From Macrostomum lignano (taxonomy: Eukaryota): 64,000 nt of DNA. The DNA lies in assembly GCA_002269645.1 (NCBI GenBank), contig NIVC01001462.1, forward strand, positions 124,001-188,000. Direction: 5' to 3'. Shown here one piece after another: positions 38,175 to 50,899 of this stretch (its first letter is position 1; every line of letters starts with the position of its first letter). The notes beneath the pieces are model-generated. The model searched no databases. It saw nothing but the letters and a program-made list of their open reading frames with translations, and had not been told where the DNA came from. The position numbers were made by a program, and so were the translations under genes.

Positions 38175-38329
38175 TAAGACCGTCAGGGATCGGCATATTG
38201 AGCTCCTGCTACGGACCAGAATATGCTCAGCCTAATGACGATATACACTAAGAGTTTGTGCTTGAAAGGATAAACACTATTTGCTGATTGAGAAAGGGTT
38301 TTGGGCTGATGAAGGAAACTTTCTTGGCT
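38175..38329. repeat. 155-bp direct repeat, right copy
   Basis: Identical by eye to 36808-36962. Confidence 0.9.
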
Positions 38330-39109
38330 GATTCATGGCAATTTTTTTTGCCAAAAATGACAAAAGGCAACTTTTAAATAATTTAAATCAAACTTTTGGA
38401 TAATTAATAAAGTTATTATTACTCTTAGGCCAAAAAACACCACTTACGTTCATTTTTGAGGCCCCCCAGCGGGGGGCTAAATGGCTAGTCCATATACTAA
38501 AAATGGTCTGTCCGTATGTGTGTGTGTGTGTGTGTGTGTGATCGATTTTAGCAAAAACGGCTCAACCGATTTTCTTCGAACTTGCACTGTTCGATCAGAA
38601 ATTTTCCCGTGACAGTACATGCATCGTGGCTAAGAAATTGCTCGATGCTAAAGGGATTAAATATTCGAAAAACATGCTTTTTTGCAAAGTTCAAGCAGCT
38701 ATTCCGACTTGAAACGCACTGTAAAAATGCTAGAGAAAAAACTGACTGGTTGAATTCTGATTCTGAAATAGATTGCATCATAACTGAATTGTAACTCCAA
38801 CTTGAATTGCGTCACAGTATTGAAAATGCAGTGTGGAAGCGTAGCACCAGACTTGATTTAGATTGCGTAACCATATTGTTAACTGATACTGACTGACTGA
38901 GAAATTGATTATGTCATAACTGCCTCGTGTGATTTACTCTGTGCTTGGAGTTTTGAAACTGTTGAATTATATATATATATATAAGTGCTAAAATTCATGT
39001 TCAGCCTAAAGGTAAACAGACTAAACTGCTAAATGCAGGGACGATGGTTCGAATTTTTAGAGAGTAGAGTTTTTCTTAATTAAAGCTTTTTAACGCCAAG
39101 ACAACAAAA

Positions 39110-40010
39110 AAATTATGGAAGCGTCATGTAAAAAATCATAGAATCGTCATGTAAAAAATCATAGAAGCGTCATGCAAGCAATCATAGAAGCGTCATGTTA
39201 AAATCATAAAAGCGTCATGTAAACAATCATACAAGCGTCATGTAAACAATCATAGAAGCGTCATAAAAAAACCATAGAAGCGTCATGTAAAAAATCATAG
39301 AAGCGTCATGTAAAAATCATAGAAGCGTCATGTAAAAAATCATAGAAGCGTCATGTAAACAAGCATAAAAGCGTCATGTAAACAATCATAGAAGCGTCAT
39401 GTAAACAATCATAGAAGCGTCATGTAAACAATCATAGAAGCGTCATAAAAAAATCATAGAAGCGTCATGAAAAAATCATAGAAGCGTCATGTAAACAATC
39501 ATAGAAGCGTCATTTAAACAAGCATAGAAGCGTCAAGTAAAAATCAAAGAAGCGTCATGTAAACAATCATAGAAGCGTCATGTAAACAATCATAGAAGCG
39601 TCATAAAAAAACCATAGAAGCGTCATGTAAGCAAGCATAGAAGCGTCATGTAAACAATCATAGAAGCGTCATGTAAACAATCATAGAAGCATCATGTAAA
39701 AATCATAGAAGCGTCATGTAAACAATCATAGAAGCGTCATGTAAAAAATCATAGAAGCATCATGTAAAAATCATAGAAGCGTCATGTAAAAAATTATAGA
39801 AGCGTCATGTAAAATCATAAAAGCGTCATGAAAAAATCATAGAAGCGTCATGAAAAAATCATAGAAGCGTCATGTAAACAATCATGGAAGTATCATGAAA
39901 AATCCTAGAAGCCTCATAAAAACTAATGAAAGTGTCATTTAAAAAATTAAGAAGAATAAAAGAAGCGTAATTTAAAAATCAAAAGAAGCGTCATGTCAGA
40001 CATGAAAGGT
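39110..40010. repeat. 22-23-bp satellite (AGAAGCGTCATGTAAACAATCAT)
   Basis: About 40 tandem copies. Confidence 0.95.
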
Positions 40011-40540
40011 GTCATGTAAAAATTAAATGAAGCTATAGTGCTGTGCTGGGGAGAATTACTGAGACGTCAAGGCTCACAGACAATAACTGAGATTACAGGG
40101 GGGTTTCTGAGATGTCAAAGCAAAAGTCAGAAGCTACTTCAAAGTACATGTGCTTTACTTAATTTTTTATTGTATTCTTTGTTGGCTCGCCACGGTGGGG
40201 GCGCTGATAGAAGAAGAGTCATGTAAAAATAAAAGTAGCACTATGTATACATAAAATAATTCATGTCAAAGTTAAAAGATTCATTTGGGAATTGCTACGA
40301 TGTCAAAGCTTGGAGGGAATCGTTATAGTGCTGTTATTCTTAAAGAAGGAATCATTTAAATGCCAAGGCTTAGGGAAGAAGAATTGCTGAGATTTCAAGG
40401 CTTTAGGTTGGGTGAAAGTTAGGTTTAGGTCAGGTTTGGGTTGAGGGTTAGATTTTAGCGGGTTTCAAGGTTAACGGGGGGTTTTTTAGATTTCAAGGTT
40501 TATGGGGGGCATCGCTGACATGTCAAGGCTTACGAGGGGA

Positions 40541-40594
<54 letters not shown>

Positions 40595-40875
40595 AGCTGA
40601 GATGTCAAGGCTCACGGGGGAATAAATGAGATGTCAAGGCTAATGTCACAAGCTACATGTAGTTTATTGGAAAAAAGTTATTACATTATTTGTTGGCTCC
40701 TCACGGGAGGGATCGCTGATAGAAAAAGCGTAATGTAAATAGTAAAAGAAGCTTCATGTCGAAGTTAAGAGATTCATTTGGGAATCCCTACGATGTCGAG
40801 GCTCGCAGGGAATCGCTATAATGCTGTAGTAGTTCTATAATGACTCTTAGAGAGAATTACTGAAATTTCAATGCT

Positions 40876-40911
40876 TTAGGGTTAGGGTTAGGGTTAGGGT
40901 TAGGGTTAGGG
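40876..40911 (+). repeat. Interstitial telomeric repeat (TTAGGG)6
   Basis: Six perfect copies. Confidence 0.95.
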
Positions 40912-41849
40912 TTAGAAAGTAGACATATTTTTTAAGATTTCAAGGCTTATGGGAGCATCGCTGAGATGTCAAGGGGGAGTTGATATGTTAAGGCTTGTGG
41001 GGGGAATTGCTGACATGTCAAGGCTTACAAGGGTACTGGCAGCGTACTGAAGCATACTGGTAGAAGTAGCTCTGAAAGAAGGCAAGTATGGTTGAATTTC
41101 AATGTCTGTTATAAAATTCTGCACAAGCATGTTTTATTGGTACATAAGCCCAGAATTAAAATGAGAATTTGATTCCTAGCCCCCCTCCCTAAGAATTTTT
41201 TTTCATTTTAAAGGATTCGTCCCTTGCTTATTGGCCACCCCGAAGGGGGGCGCTAGATTGCTAGTCAAATATACTAAAAATGAAAAAATCCTATATACTA
41301 AAAATGAGTCGTCTGTATCTATCTATCTATCTAGCTATGCGATAGATTTCAGAAAAAACGGCTCAACCGATTTTCTTCAAACTTCTTTAATCTTGGCTAA
41401 GAAATTGCTCAATTTTAAAGGGATTAAAAATTCGAAAAACATGCTTTTTTTGCAAAGGTCAAGCAGCTCTTTCGACCTGAAATGAATTGTAAGAATGCTA
41501 GAGAAAAAACTGAATGACTGAATTCCAATTGTGATTAGGATTACATCACAACCAGTTGAAAACAGTGCCAAAGAAATGCACACAAAACTTGATTTAAATT
41601 GCGTAACAGTATTGCTAACTTAAATTGACACTGATACTGGCTGACTGAGAAATTGATTATGTCATAACTTTTTACTCTAACCAATTTGCTATAAGAATTT
41701 AATTATAAGGGCCACAATTCATGTTCTCCAATTGACAAGAGATAGCATAGATGCGAACAGACTGGACTGCTAATGCAGCGACCTGGGTTCGAATCTTAGT
41801 AGTGCAAAAAGATATTCGTGACTCCATGCCAAACATAAAAGCGCCACTA

Positions 41850-42440
41850 TGTCGAACATTAAAGAGCCACCATGTCCAACATATATGTGACTCCATGTCA
41901 AAAATTAAAGAGCCATCATGTCAAACATAAAAGAGCCACCATGTCAAACATAAAAGGACCACCATATCTAAAATAAAAGAGCCACCATGTCAAACATTAA
42001 AGAGCCACCATGTCAAACAGTAAGGATCCACCATGTCAAGCATAAAAGAGCCACCATGTCGAACAGAAAAGAACCACCATATCTAAAATAAAAGAGCCAT
42101 CATGTCAAACATTAAAGAGCCACCATGTCGAACATTAAAGAGCCACCATGTCAAACATTAAAGAGCCACCATGTCGAACATATATGTGACTTCATGTCAA
42201 ACATTAAAGAGCCACCATGTCAAACATTAAAGAGCCACCATGTCAAACATTAAAGAGCCACCATGTCGAACATTAAAGAGCCACCATGTCAAACATTAAA
42301 GAGCCACAATGTCGAACATATATGTGACTTCATGTGAAACATTAAAGAGCCACCATGTCAAACATTAAAGAGCCACCATGTCAAACATAAAGATACACAA
42401 TTTCAAACGTAAAAGTAAGCGTCATGCCAATTTTAAAGGA
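41850..42440. repeat. 23-bp satellite (AAAGAGCCACCATGTCAAACATT), short array
   Basis: Tandem copies inside Helitron unit 41265-42793. Confidence 0.95.
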
Positions 42441-43399
42441 GCCACTATAGAGCTAAGGAAATTGTTACACTAGCTACTTATTGTCTGGTAGATTGCTTGC
42501 TATCTGGGGGATGCTTCCTATCTGGGGGATGCTTCCTATCTGGGGGATGCTTGCTATCTGAGGGGATGCTTGCTATCTGGGGGATGCTTGCTATCTGGGG
42601 GATGCTTGCAATCTGGGGGATGCTTGCTATCTGGGGGATGCTTGCTGTCTTGGGATGATTTCCTTTTGCATTACACTTTATTTGAGCAGTTTGTCTGTTG
42701 TCTTTGTGAAGGCTTTATTTGGCTGTCTTTTTGTTACTTGTAGAGAACAGAGATTCTATCCAGATGTCCCCCAACGGGGGCGAAGATTGCTAGTCAGATA
42801 TACTAAAAATGAAAACTCCTATATACTAAAAATGAGTTGTCTGTATGTATGTATGTAGGTAGGTATGCGATAGATTTCAGAAAAAAATGCTCAACCGATT
42901 TTCTTCAAACTTGCAACATTCAATCAGAAATTTCCTGGGACGGTACATGCATCTTGGCTAAGAATTTACTCAATTTTAAAGGGATTAAATATTCGCATGC
43001 TTTTTGCAAAGGTCAAGCAGCTCTTTCTACCTTAAATGCATTGTAAGAATGCTAGAGAAAAAACTAACTGGCTGAATTTCAATTGTGATAAAGATTGCAT
43101 CACAACAAGTTGAAAACAGTGTCGAAGAAATGCACACATGACTTGAATGAAATTGCCTAACCAATATTGGTAACTTAAATTAAGACTGATACTGGCTGAC
43201 TGCGAAATACATTATGTCATAACTTTTTACTCTAACTGACTTGCTGCAAGAATTGAATTATAAGGGCAACAGTTCATGTTCTCCAATTGAAAAGAGATGG
43301 CCTGGATGCGAACAGACTGGACTGCTAATGTAGCGACCTGGGTTCGAAGCTTAGTAGTGCAATAATGATTTTTTTTATTAAAACACCTTAAAAAACACA

Positions 43400-45000
43400 A
43401 AATGCTAAACATTAAAAAGCCACCATGTCGAACATCAAAGAGCCACCATGTCAAACATAAAAGAGCCACCATGTCAAACATATAAGTGACTTTTTTTCAA
43501 ACATTAAAGAGCCACTGTATCGAACAATAATGAGCCACCATTTCAAATATTAATGAGCCACCATGTTAAACAGAAAAGAGCCACCATGCCTAACATATGG
43601 AGCCACCACGTCAATCATTAAAGAGCCACCATGTCAAACAAATACGTGACTCCAATGTAAAAATGTAAAACATATACGTGACTCCATGTTGAACATTAAA
43701 GAGCCACCATGTCGAACATTAAAGAGCCTCCATGTCAAACGTATACGTGACTCCATGTTGAACATTAAAGAGCCACCATGTCGAACATTAAAGAGCCTCC
43801 ATGTCAAACATATACGTGACTCCAATGTAAAAATGTAAAACATATTCGTGACTCCATGTCAAACATTCAGGAGCTACCATGTCAAACAAATACGTGACTC
43901 CAATGTAAAAATGTAAAACATATACGTGACTCCATGTTGAACATTAAAGAGCCACCATGTCGAACATTAAAGAGCCTCCATGTCAAACATATACGTGACT
44001 CCATGTTGAACATTAAAGAGCCACCATGTCGAACATTAAAGAGCCTCCATGTCAAACATATACGTGACTCCAATGTAAAAATGTAAAACATATTCGTGAC
44101 TCCATGTCAAACATTCAGGAGCTACCATGTCAAACATATACGTGACTCCATGTCGAACATTAAAGAGCCTCCATGTCGAACATTAAAGAGCCACCATGTC
44201 CAACATTTAAGATACACCATGTCAAACATTAAAGATACACCATGTCAAACATTAAAGATCCACCATGTCAAACATTTGCGTGACTGCATTTCAAACATTA
44301 AAGATACACCATGTCGAACATTAAAGAGCCACCATGTCAAACATTAAAGAGCCACCATGTCGAACATTAAAGAGCCACCATTTCAAACATTCAAGAGCCA
44401 CCATGTCAAACATTCAAGAGCCACTATGTCAAACATTCAAGAGCTACCATGTCAAACATATACGTGACTCCATGTCGAACATTAAAGAGTCACCATGTCG
44501 AAAATTAAAGAGCCACCATGTCAAACATTAAAAAGCCACCTTGTCCAACATTCAAGATACACCATGTCAAACAATAAAGAGCCACCATGTAAAATATAAA
44601 AGAGCCACTATGTCAAACATTAAAGATACACCATGTCAAGCATATGCGTGACTTCATGTCAAACATTAAAGATACACCATGTCGCACATTACAGAGCCAC
44701 TATGTCAAACATATAAGAGCCACCATGTCAAACATTAAAGAGCCACCATGCCAAACATTCAAGAGCCACAATTTCAAACACTAAAGTGCTACCGTGTCAA
44801 ACATAGAAGAGCCACTATGTGAAACATTAAAGAGCTATCATGTCAAACAAAAAAGGGCTACCATGTCAAACATAGAAGAGACACCATGTCAAACATTTAA
44901 GAGCCACCATGTCAAACCTAAAAGAGCCATCATTTCAAACATAAAAGAGACACTGTTTCAAACATAAAAAGAATTGTCATGCTAAACAAAATGGAGCCAC
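43400..45000. repeat. Same 23-bp satellite, expanded array
   Basis: Tandem copies inside unit 42794-45673. Confidence 0.95.
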
Positions 45001-45039
45001 TATAAAGCTAAGGAAATTGTTGCACTAGCTACTTGTTCT

Positions 45040-45540
45040 CTGGTGGATGCTTGCTATCAGGGGGATGCTTGCTATCTAAGGGATGCTTGCTATCTGGTGG
45101 ATGCTTGCTATTGGGGGGATGCTTGCTGTCGGAAGGATGCTTGCTACTGGGGTAACTTGCTTTTGGGAGATGCTTGCTTTTGGGGGGTGGAGGGTACTTG
45201 CTATCTAAGAGGGGGTTGCTAGATATCTATAAGGTCTCTTTGTATCCAGGTTATGCTTGCTATCTGGGGTTGCTTGCGGTCTGGGGGATGCTTGCTATCT
45301 GGGGGATGCTTGCTATCTGGTGGATGCTTTCTATTGGGGGGATGCTTGCTATCTGGTGGATGCTTGCTATCTGGGGTTGCTTGCTATCGGAGGGATGCTT
45401 GCTATTTGGGGTTGCTTGCCATCGGGGGGATGCTTGCTATCTGGTGGATGCTTGCTAACTGGGGTTGCTTGCTATCGGGGGGATGCTTGATATTTGGGGA
45501 TCGATGCTTGAATGCTGTCTGGGGATACTTGCTGTCTTGG
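45040..45540. repeat. 19-bp satellite (GATGCTTGCTATCTGGGGG); a shorter array lies at 42490-42650
   Basis: Tandem copies near the 3' end of two adjacent Helitron units. Confidence 0.9.
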
Positions 45541-47426
45541 GATGTTTTGTTTTTAGAGGGAATGTCTGTTGTTTTTTATGAAGGCTTTATTTCGCTGTCT
45601 ATTTGTTATTAGCAAAGAACAAGGATTCTATCCAGATGTCCCCCATCGGGGGGGGGGGGGCGAAGATTGCTATTCATCATCATCATCACAATATACTAAA
45701 TCTCTAAGATCTGACCGGTATTTCAGTCTACAGCTGAATGCCTGAACCGATTTTCTTCAAACTTGCTTTATTCAATTGCAAATTCTTGTGAGATTGTGTG
45801 GGTGTAATTGCATTGAAAAATTCGAATGAGAAGATGATTAAATATTCAAAAAACGAGTTTTTCCTATGCTTTTAATGGGAGGCTAGAAAAGGTAAAAATC
45901 TCACTAACTGAATTTCAATTCCAATTAAGATTGCGCTACAACTTTTCTCTGTTCACTGTGTACGCCTCAAGACTGGCTGCAATAAGGGAGAGGAAAATAA
46001 TGCTCAGTGGCTGCGTGTGTACATTCTGACCCTGGCTGACTGGCGGACTGCATAGACAATTGCTATTAATAGATTTTACTCAACTGTGCATTGGCCCTGC
46101 CTGCATACAACCTGTGCACACTGAGCAGCCTATCACTGCTATGTATTTGACTGCAGTGCCGAAGCATATATGGCTGATTTTTGCGCCCTCCGATCAGTAG
46201 GCGGAATAGCCGCAGTGTAGGCACTAGGACTAGGTTTAGGCTAGGCAATAAGGTCCATAGTTTGAGTCCACCTCCCAGCGGCTAAGTAAAATTAAATTCA
46301 TTCATTAGTAGCTTCTGCCTCGACTATTTAGAACAGTTTTTGATTAATTGTAATTAAATTTTTTTATTAATTACAATAATTTATTTTTGCTACTCGCACA
46401 AGCCACTAAGCAAATTTGATTTGATTTGTAAAATCCTAAGATCCCATTAATTGTTATTATTTAGGTCTATAGAAGTAGATATTACTAAACTGCAGGGGAT
46501 TAAATTACTAAAGTGCAGATGATGCTGCTAAACTGCTGAGGTATTGCGAAATGCTGAGTGGTGCAAAAAATTGCCGATATGTATCGAAAATCGATTAGTG
46601 AGCCATAAAATGCTGAGCTAATTTCTACATTGTTGAAAGGATCATTGCAGTAGACGATGCTGCTAAACTGCTGAGGTTTTGCTAAATGCTGAGTTGCGCA
46701 AGACTGCCAATATGTATCGAAAATTGATTAGTGCGCCGTAGTAAATGCTGAGCAAATTTTTAAATCATTGAAAAGATCATTGCAGTTTGCTGAGAATACT
46801 GAGGGGCCAGCTGAGAGAACTGCAGACTGCTGAGGGGATAAATGAGAATTATTAAGGAAACACTTGCTGACTGCAAATGAATTGACTGCAGACTACTGAG
46901 GGGAACTGCAGATTGTTGAAGGGATCATTGCAGACTGCAAAGGGGACAAACTGCAAACTGCTGACGTTGGTTAGTTTCTCGAGACTTATGAGCGTATAAG
47001 CTGCAAACTGCTGAGGGGATAGCTGCAGACTGCTAGGATAATAATGGCAGACTTCTGAGGAGGATATCTAACTGTGAATAGTTTTAGCTTGCTGTGGGGA
47101 CAATTCTGGGTCCTTGAGGGATAAATGAATAATAATAATAAAAGTTGTAGAGTGCAAATGAGTTGCATGACTGCATGTCTGTTTTGCGGAATTAGAAGGG
47201 ATAATTTCAGATTGTTTTGGGGATAACTGCCAATTTTTGGGGAGGGTTTAACTTTAAACTTCTGAGGTGACAATAGTAGTCACCTTTTAGCAGTTTGGGA
47301 GTGGTGCTAATCTGGGGAGCGGTGCTAATCTAAGGGAGTGGGGCTAATATAAAGGAGTGGGGGGGCTAATCTGGAGGAAGTTTCATTGTTTCCTTCACTT
47401 TTCAATCTATGTAACTTAGCTTTGTC

Positions 47427-50392
47427 ATGGACTGGGCATGCCATCGATGTGGTAAACAGTTCAGCACTAAATTCAATCTCAAGAAACATCAGCAGACAAA
47501 CAGGTGTTCGGTTTTAAAGCAAGCGACTTCCTTTGGCTCCTGAAAGTCATTCGCAGATGTGAGAGATGCGCTACAGCGTTCTCCAACCAAGATTAAAAAG
47601 TTTTTTTAACCCGAATCTTTTTCCTGAACTTTTGGCTGACAAGCGCTTTGAGGAAGTCGTCGGAATGTCTCGAGAGAACTTCGACAGCTTCAAAAGCCTC
47701 ATCTCTGGCTTAGTACGCACTAGATTTCTAAGTCAAGAGAACTGAGTATTTCTTTACCTGAAAAAACTCCGCCATGGCGTCAGCTTTGAAGCCATAGGAA
47801 ACGATTTCAACATTTCTGCGCGCCGCGCTTGTGAAGTCTTTTGGGAGGTGGCCAAGGATCACTACATCAACGAACCTTTTCAACCAAGGCTACTGTCATG
47901 TTCTCCGATTGAGACGATCCTGGAGACGAACGTTGTTGGGGACGAATTTTTTTCAGGTTCGTTCAGGTTCGTTTCGTTCGTTTACGAACGTTCGATACGT
48001 TCGGGATAAGCAGCTTGTTTTGTTTATCGGTGACCATACATACTTTCTCATCGGTAAAGGCGGCCAGCACCATCTGCAGAAACGCACATACTATGCTCCA
48101 AAGAGTAGCAACGTTTTAAAGAAACTGATCGTAGTGTATGCGACTGGCAAGGTAGTTTACGCAGCACCGCTCAGCGGATCCATATATCCTCCCCTCAGTG
48201 ATGGAAATCTGGCGGCCTACTAGATAGAGATGGAGCGAGAGCATCTCATTCCAGCTGCACTAACAAAACTACTCTGTGCCAATGTGCCAGGGTATCGAGT
48301 CGTGGCGATATTTGACCGCGGTTACAGTTCACCACGCTGCACTGATTCATCGGGCAAGAGTTTCCGCGATCTGATTGAATCAAACAGTCGAGGAAACACG
48401 CTGCTATTGTTTCCTCTCGGACCCGGCGATCCAATAATTAATGATCGATTTTGCTACGTAAAGAATCCAGTGTCGGCTGAGGATCGCCCCGTTCACGGAA
48501 AACTGACTGGTATTGAGTCAAATACCAGTAGGCTGGCCACGCTTTTCCGCTTTTCTGTTAAGAGCGCGTTCGCCGCAATCAAGCAGAACAGGTGTATTAA
48601 TGAGCGGCATGAGCCATACCAGTGGCAGCAGCCAGCTGAATTAAGTACATCTAGTCGGCTGGATGTCATTATCGACAACTGTATTGCCAAATACAACCGC
48701 TCGCACATTGGATTCCCACTGAATAAAACGCTGCCAAAGTCATGGAATGACAGCTCACTTTTTGAGTTTGGTCAGAATTTTACCAGGCGCATGTTTCTCA
48801 ACAACGAATTCGATCTGATTGAAGGTGTGAACTACCTGTGTGACGCGACCCGAACTCCTATCGAAGGGTCGAGGCGCTGGTCACCAGTCGATGTGCTAGA
48901 TCCTGAGTCCACAGGCTTTCCTTGAATTGAGATAGAAAACCTTCAGGGAGTAAGTGTGGGACCATTTCATGTACAGCAGTCTGAAAGCTATATCCAAAAC
49001 ATCCAGATGCAACACACGCTTGAGAATTTCGACGGTGATACGTGGTTAGAGCTTGAAGACCTTGCATCGCAGCTGCCTCAATCGATGCGCTGCTGGAAAT
49101 TCCGGCAAGAACAGCAGCCAAGGAACTGGCAAAAGAAATTCGGCAACTGGCAACCGTCGTGGATATTTATGTCCGTTGTGTTTTCGAGGCACACATCTCG
49201 AACATATCGAGTCCTTCTTCGCCTCAGCGATTTACCGAATGAAAACCCTTTTGGATTCCACGATGCCGGTCTAAGGAGGCTACATGCCTACTACTCCTCG
49301 TCCAAAGTGGGTAGCCGTACAGCTGGCTGTGACTGCCATGTAATGACAGTTCTTTTGGTCCTAGGTCATTATGCCTACGACCCAGATTCCTTTCGCCAAC
49401 GATATCCTGAGCGCCGCTTCGTTGATACACAGCTTCCTAAAAGCCTCAACGCTAATCTTTACACCTCTCTACCTGCTGAGGAAAATGTTAGAACAGAGCC
49501 TCGTCAAGAGCATCGTTCAGGAGCAAAGGCTGTCAAACAAACATCATCAAGAAGTTCAGAGCCGCAGCCTCTCTGTGGACTAAGAAATAGCGGAGCAGAC
49601 TGCTATGCCAATTCTGCCATTCAGCTTCTTTACTGGATGGAGCAGAAGGGCCCCATTAATAAGACGGGACATAGCTAGTGCCTTGCAAAGATCTCTACAG
49701 CTACTTTTTCATCAAATGCTAGCTCTAAAAAATACTTCTGCCCCAGAAGTACAAGGAATTATCAGGCGCATCTTGCCCGGCAGATTTGCTGCTGGTGAGC
49801 AACACTGCTTTCTGGAGTTCTTGGAAGCCCTGCTTTCGACTCTCTCTCGGTTGCTAATGGCGCCCTGGCAGATGTTACTACGCTCCGTAATTGTCAACGT
49901 TATGGCTACAGCGCAGCCTCGATTCAAACAGGAACAATCAGTGAACAAATTCTTTGCGTTCCTCTCTCAGAGTACAGCAGGGCTCCAATTAGCCTTTACG
50001 ATCTTTTGGAAGAGTGACTGCGACCACGCATTTCGCAGTGCGGCCAATTAGGATGCGAAGGCTTGATTGAAGAGCAGATTATTCTATCAGCGGCCAAGTT
50101 TGCAATTATTTACTTCAGCAGGATTCCAGAAAACTATAACGCCGAAAAAATCAACACCCAAATACGGTACTCACCAAGATCACCAAGATCTGAGAGTAAT
50201 TCCGACTGCGGCAGTCCTGTGATAGTGATATGCCACTATGGCAGATCTCTCCATCGCGGGCACTATACTACCAGTGTTTGGCATAACAATGTATGGTGGT
50301 TGATTGACGATTCCAGAATTGAGCCCAACTGCAATCCGATTCTCCGGGATGCACAAAATATCGTTGCTGTAGTTGTGCAAAAGAAAGACTGA
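47427..50392 (+). pseudogene. Decayed DDE transposase (PIF/Harbinger-ISL2EU, DDE_Tnp_4-like) with N-terminal zinc finger and HTH, fused to SWIM and USP/C19 deubiquitinase domains
   Basis: MDWACHRCGKQFSTKFNLKKHQQTNRC (zinc finger); LYLKKLRHGVSFEAIGNDFNIS (HTH); GDHTY, SDGN, IFDRGY and R.SVKSAFAAIK (DDE); KVGSRTAGCDCHV (SWIM); GLRNSGADCYANSAIQLL, EQHCFLEFL, CHYG...GHY and W..IDD (USP boxes). Several in-frame stops and about 4 frameshifts. Confidence 0.8.
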
Positions 50393-50899
50393 TCGTGCTT
50401 TCACCAGATCGTAGACCCGAGCTAGACAAGTTTTAGTTTTCCTTGCGATGCACTCCAACATTCGAAAGACTTATACCTACCTATGAACTTTTGCTTGCTC
50501 TGTTACATGTACTTTTGCTTGTTAATATTTGCTCATGTACTTCTGCTTGATAATATTTGCTCATGCACTTTTGGTTCCCATTATTTGCAAATGCACTGTA
50601 TCATACAGTACTAAAATCGTGCATTTTAATATTTCATTAAACCTGTTCAAAAAAGTCTAATACAGATACTTAATAAGATATTTTAACTTTAAATGCAATT
50701 ACAGAAATCATTAAAACATTAATCAACATAAAGACTCAAGGCAGCTTTACCGGCCTGCTTCATCGGTCAGATTCTCATTGTCGGTCCAGTAGAGAGATCC
50801 GATAGAGAAACCGGCTCAATCGGCCACCGCTTCCATTTCAGAGCCTTAAGTTCACATGAAATCCCCATTTTCCCCATTTATCCCATGCGGAAGCGGCCG

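Larger units (their letters stand above)
32645..47280 (+). mobile_element. Head-to-tail tandem array of non-autonomous Helitron-like units
   Basis: GC hairpin + CTAG followed directly by TC...ATATACTAAA at 38488/9, 41264/5 and 42793/4, and a CTAT variant at 45673/4. Each head carries a microsatellite and AACCGATTTTCTTC. Blocks 33380-33800 and 45990-46400 are near-duplicates. Confidence 0.8.

Noticed and set aside
41738-41800. Candidate tRNA-Ser gene
   Set aside because: No acceptor stem or complete cloverleaf; treated as a SINE-like fragment.
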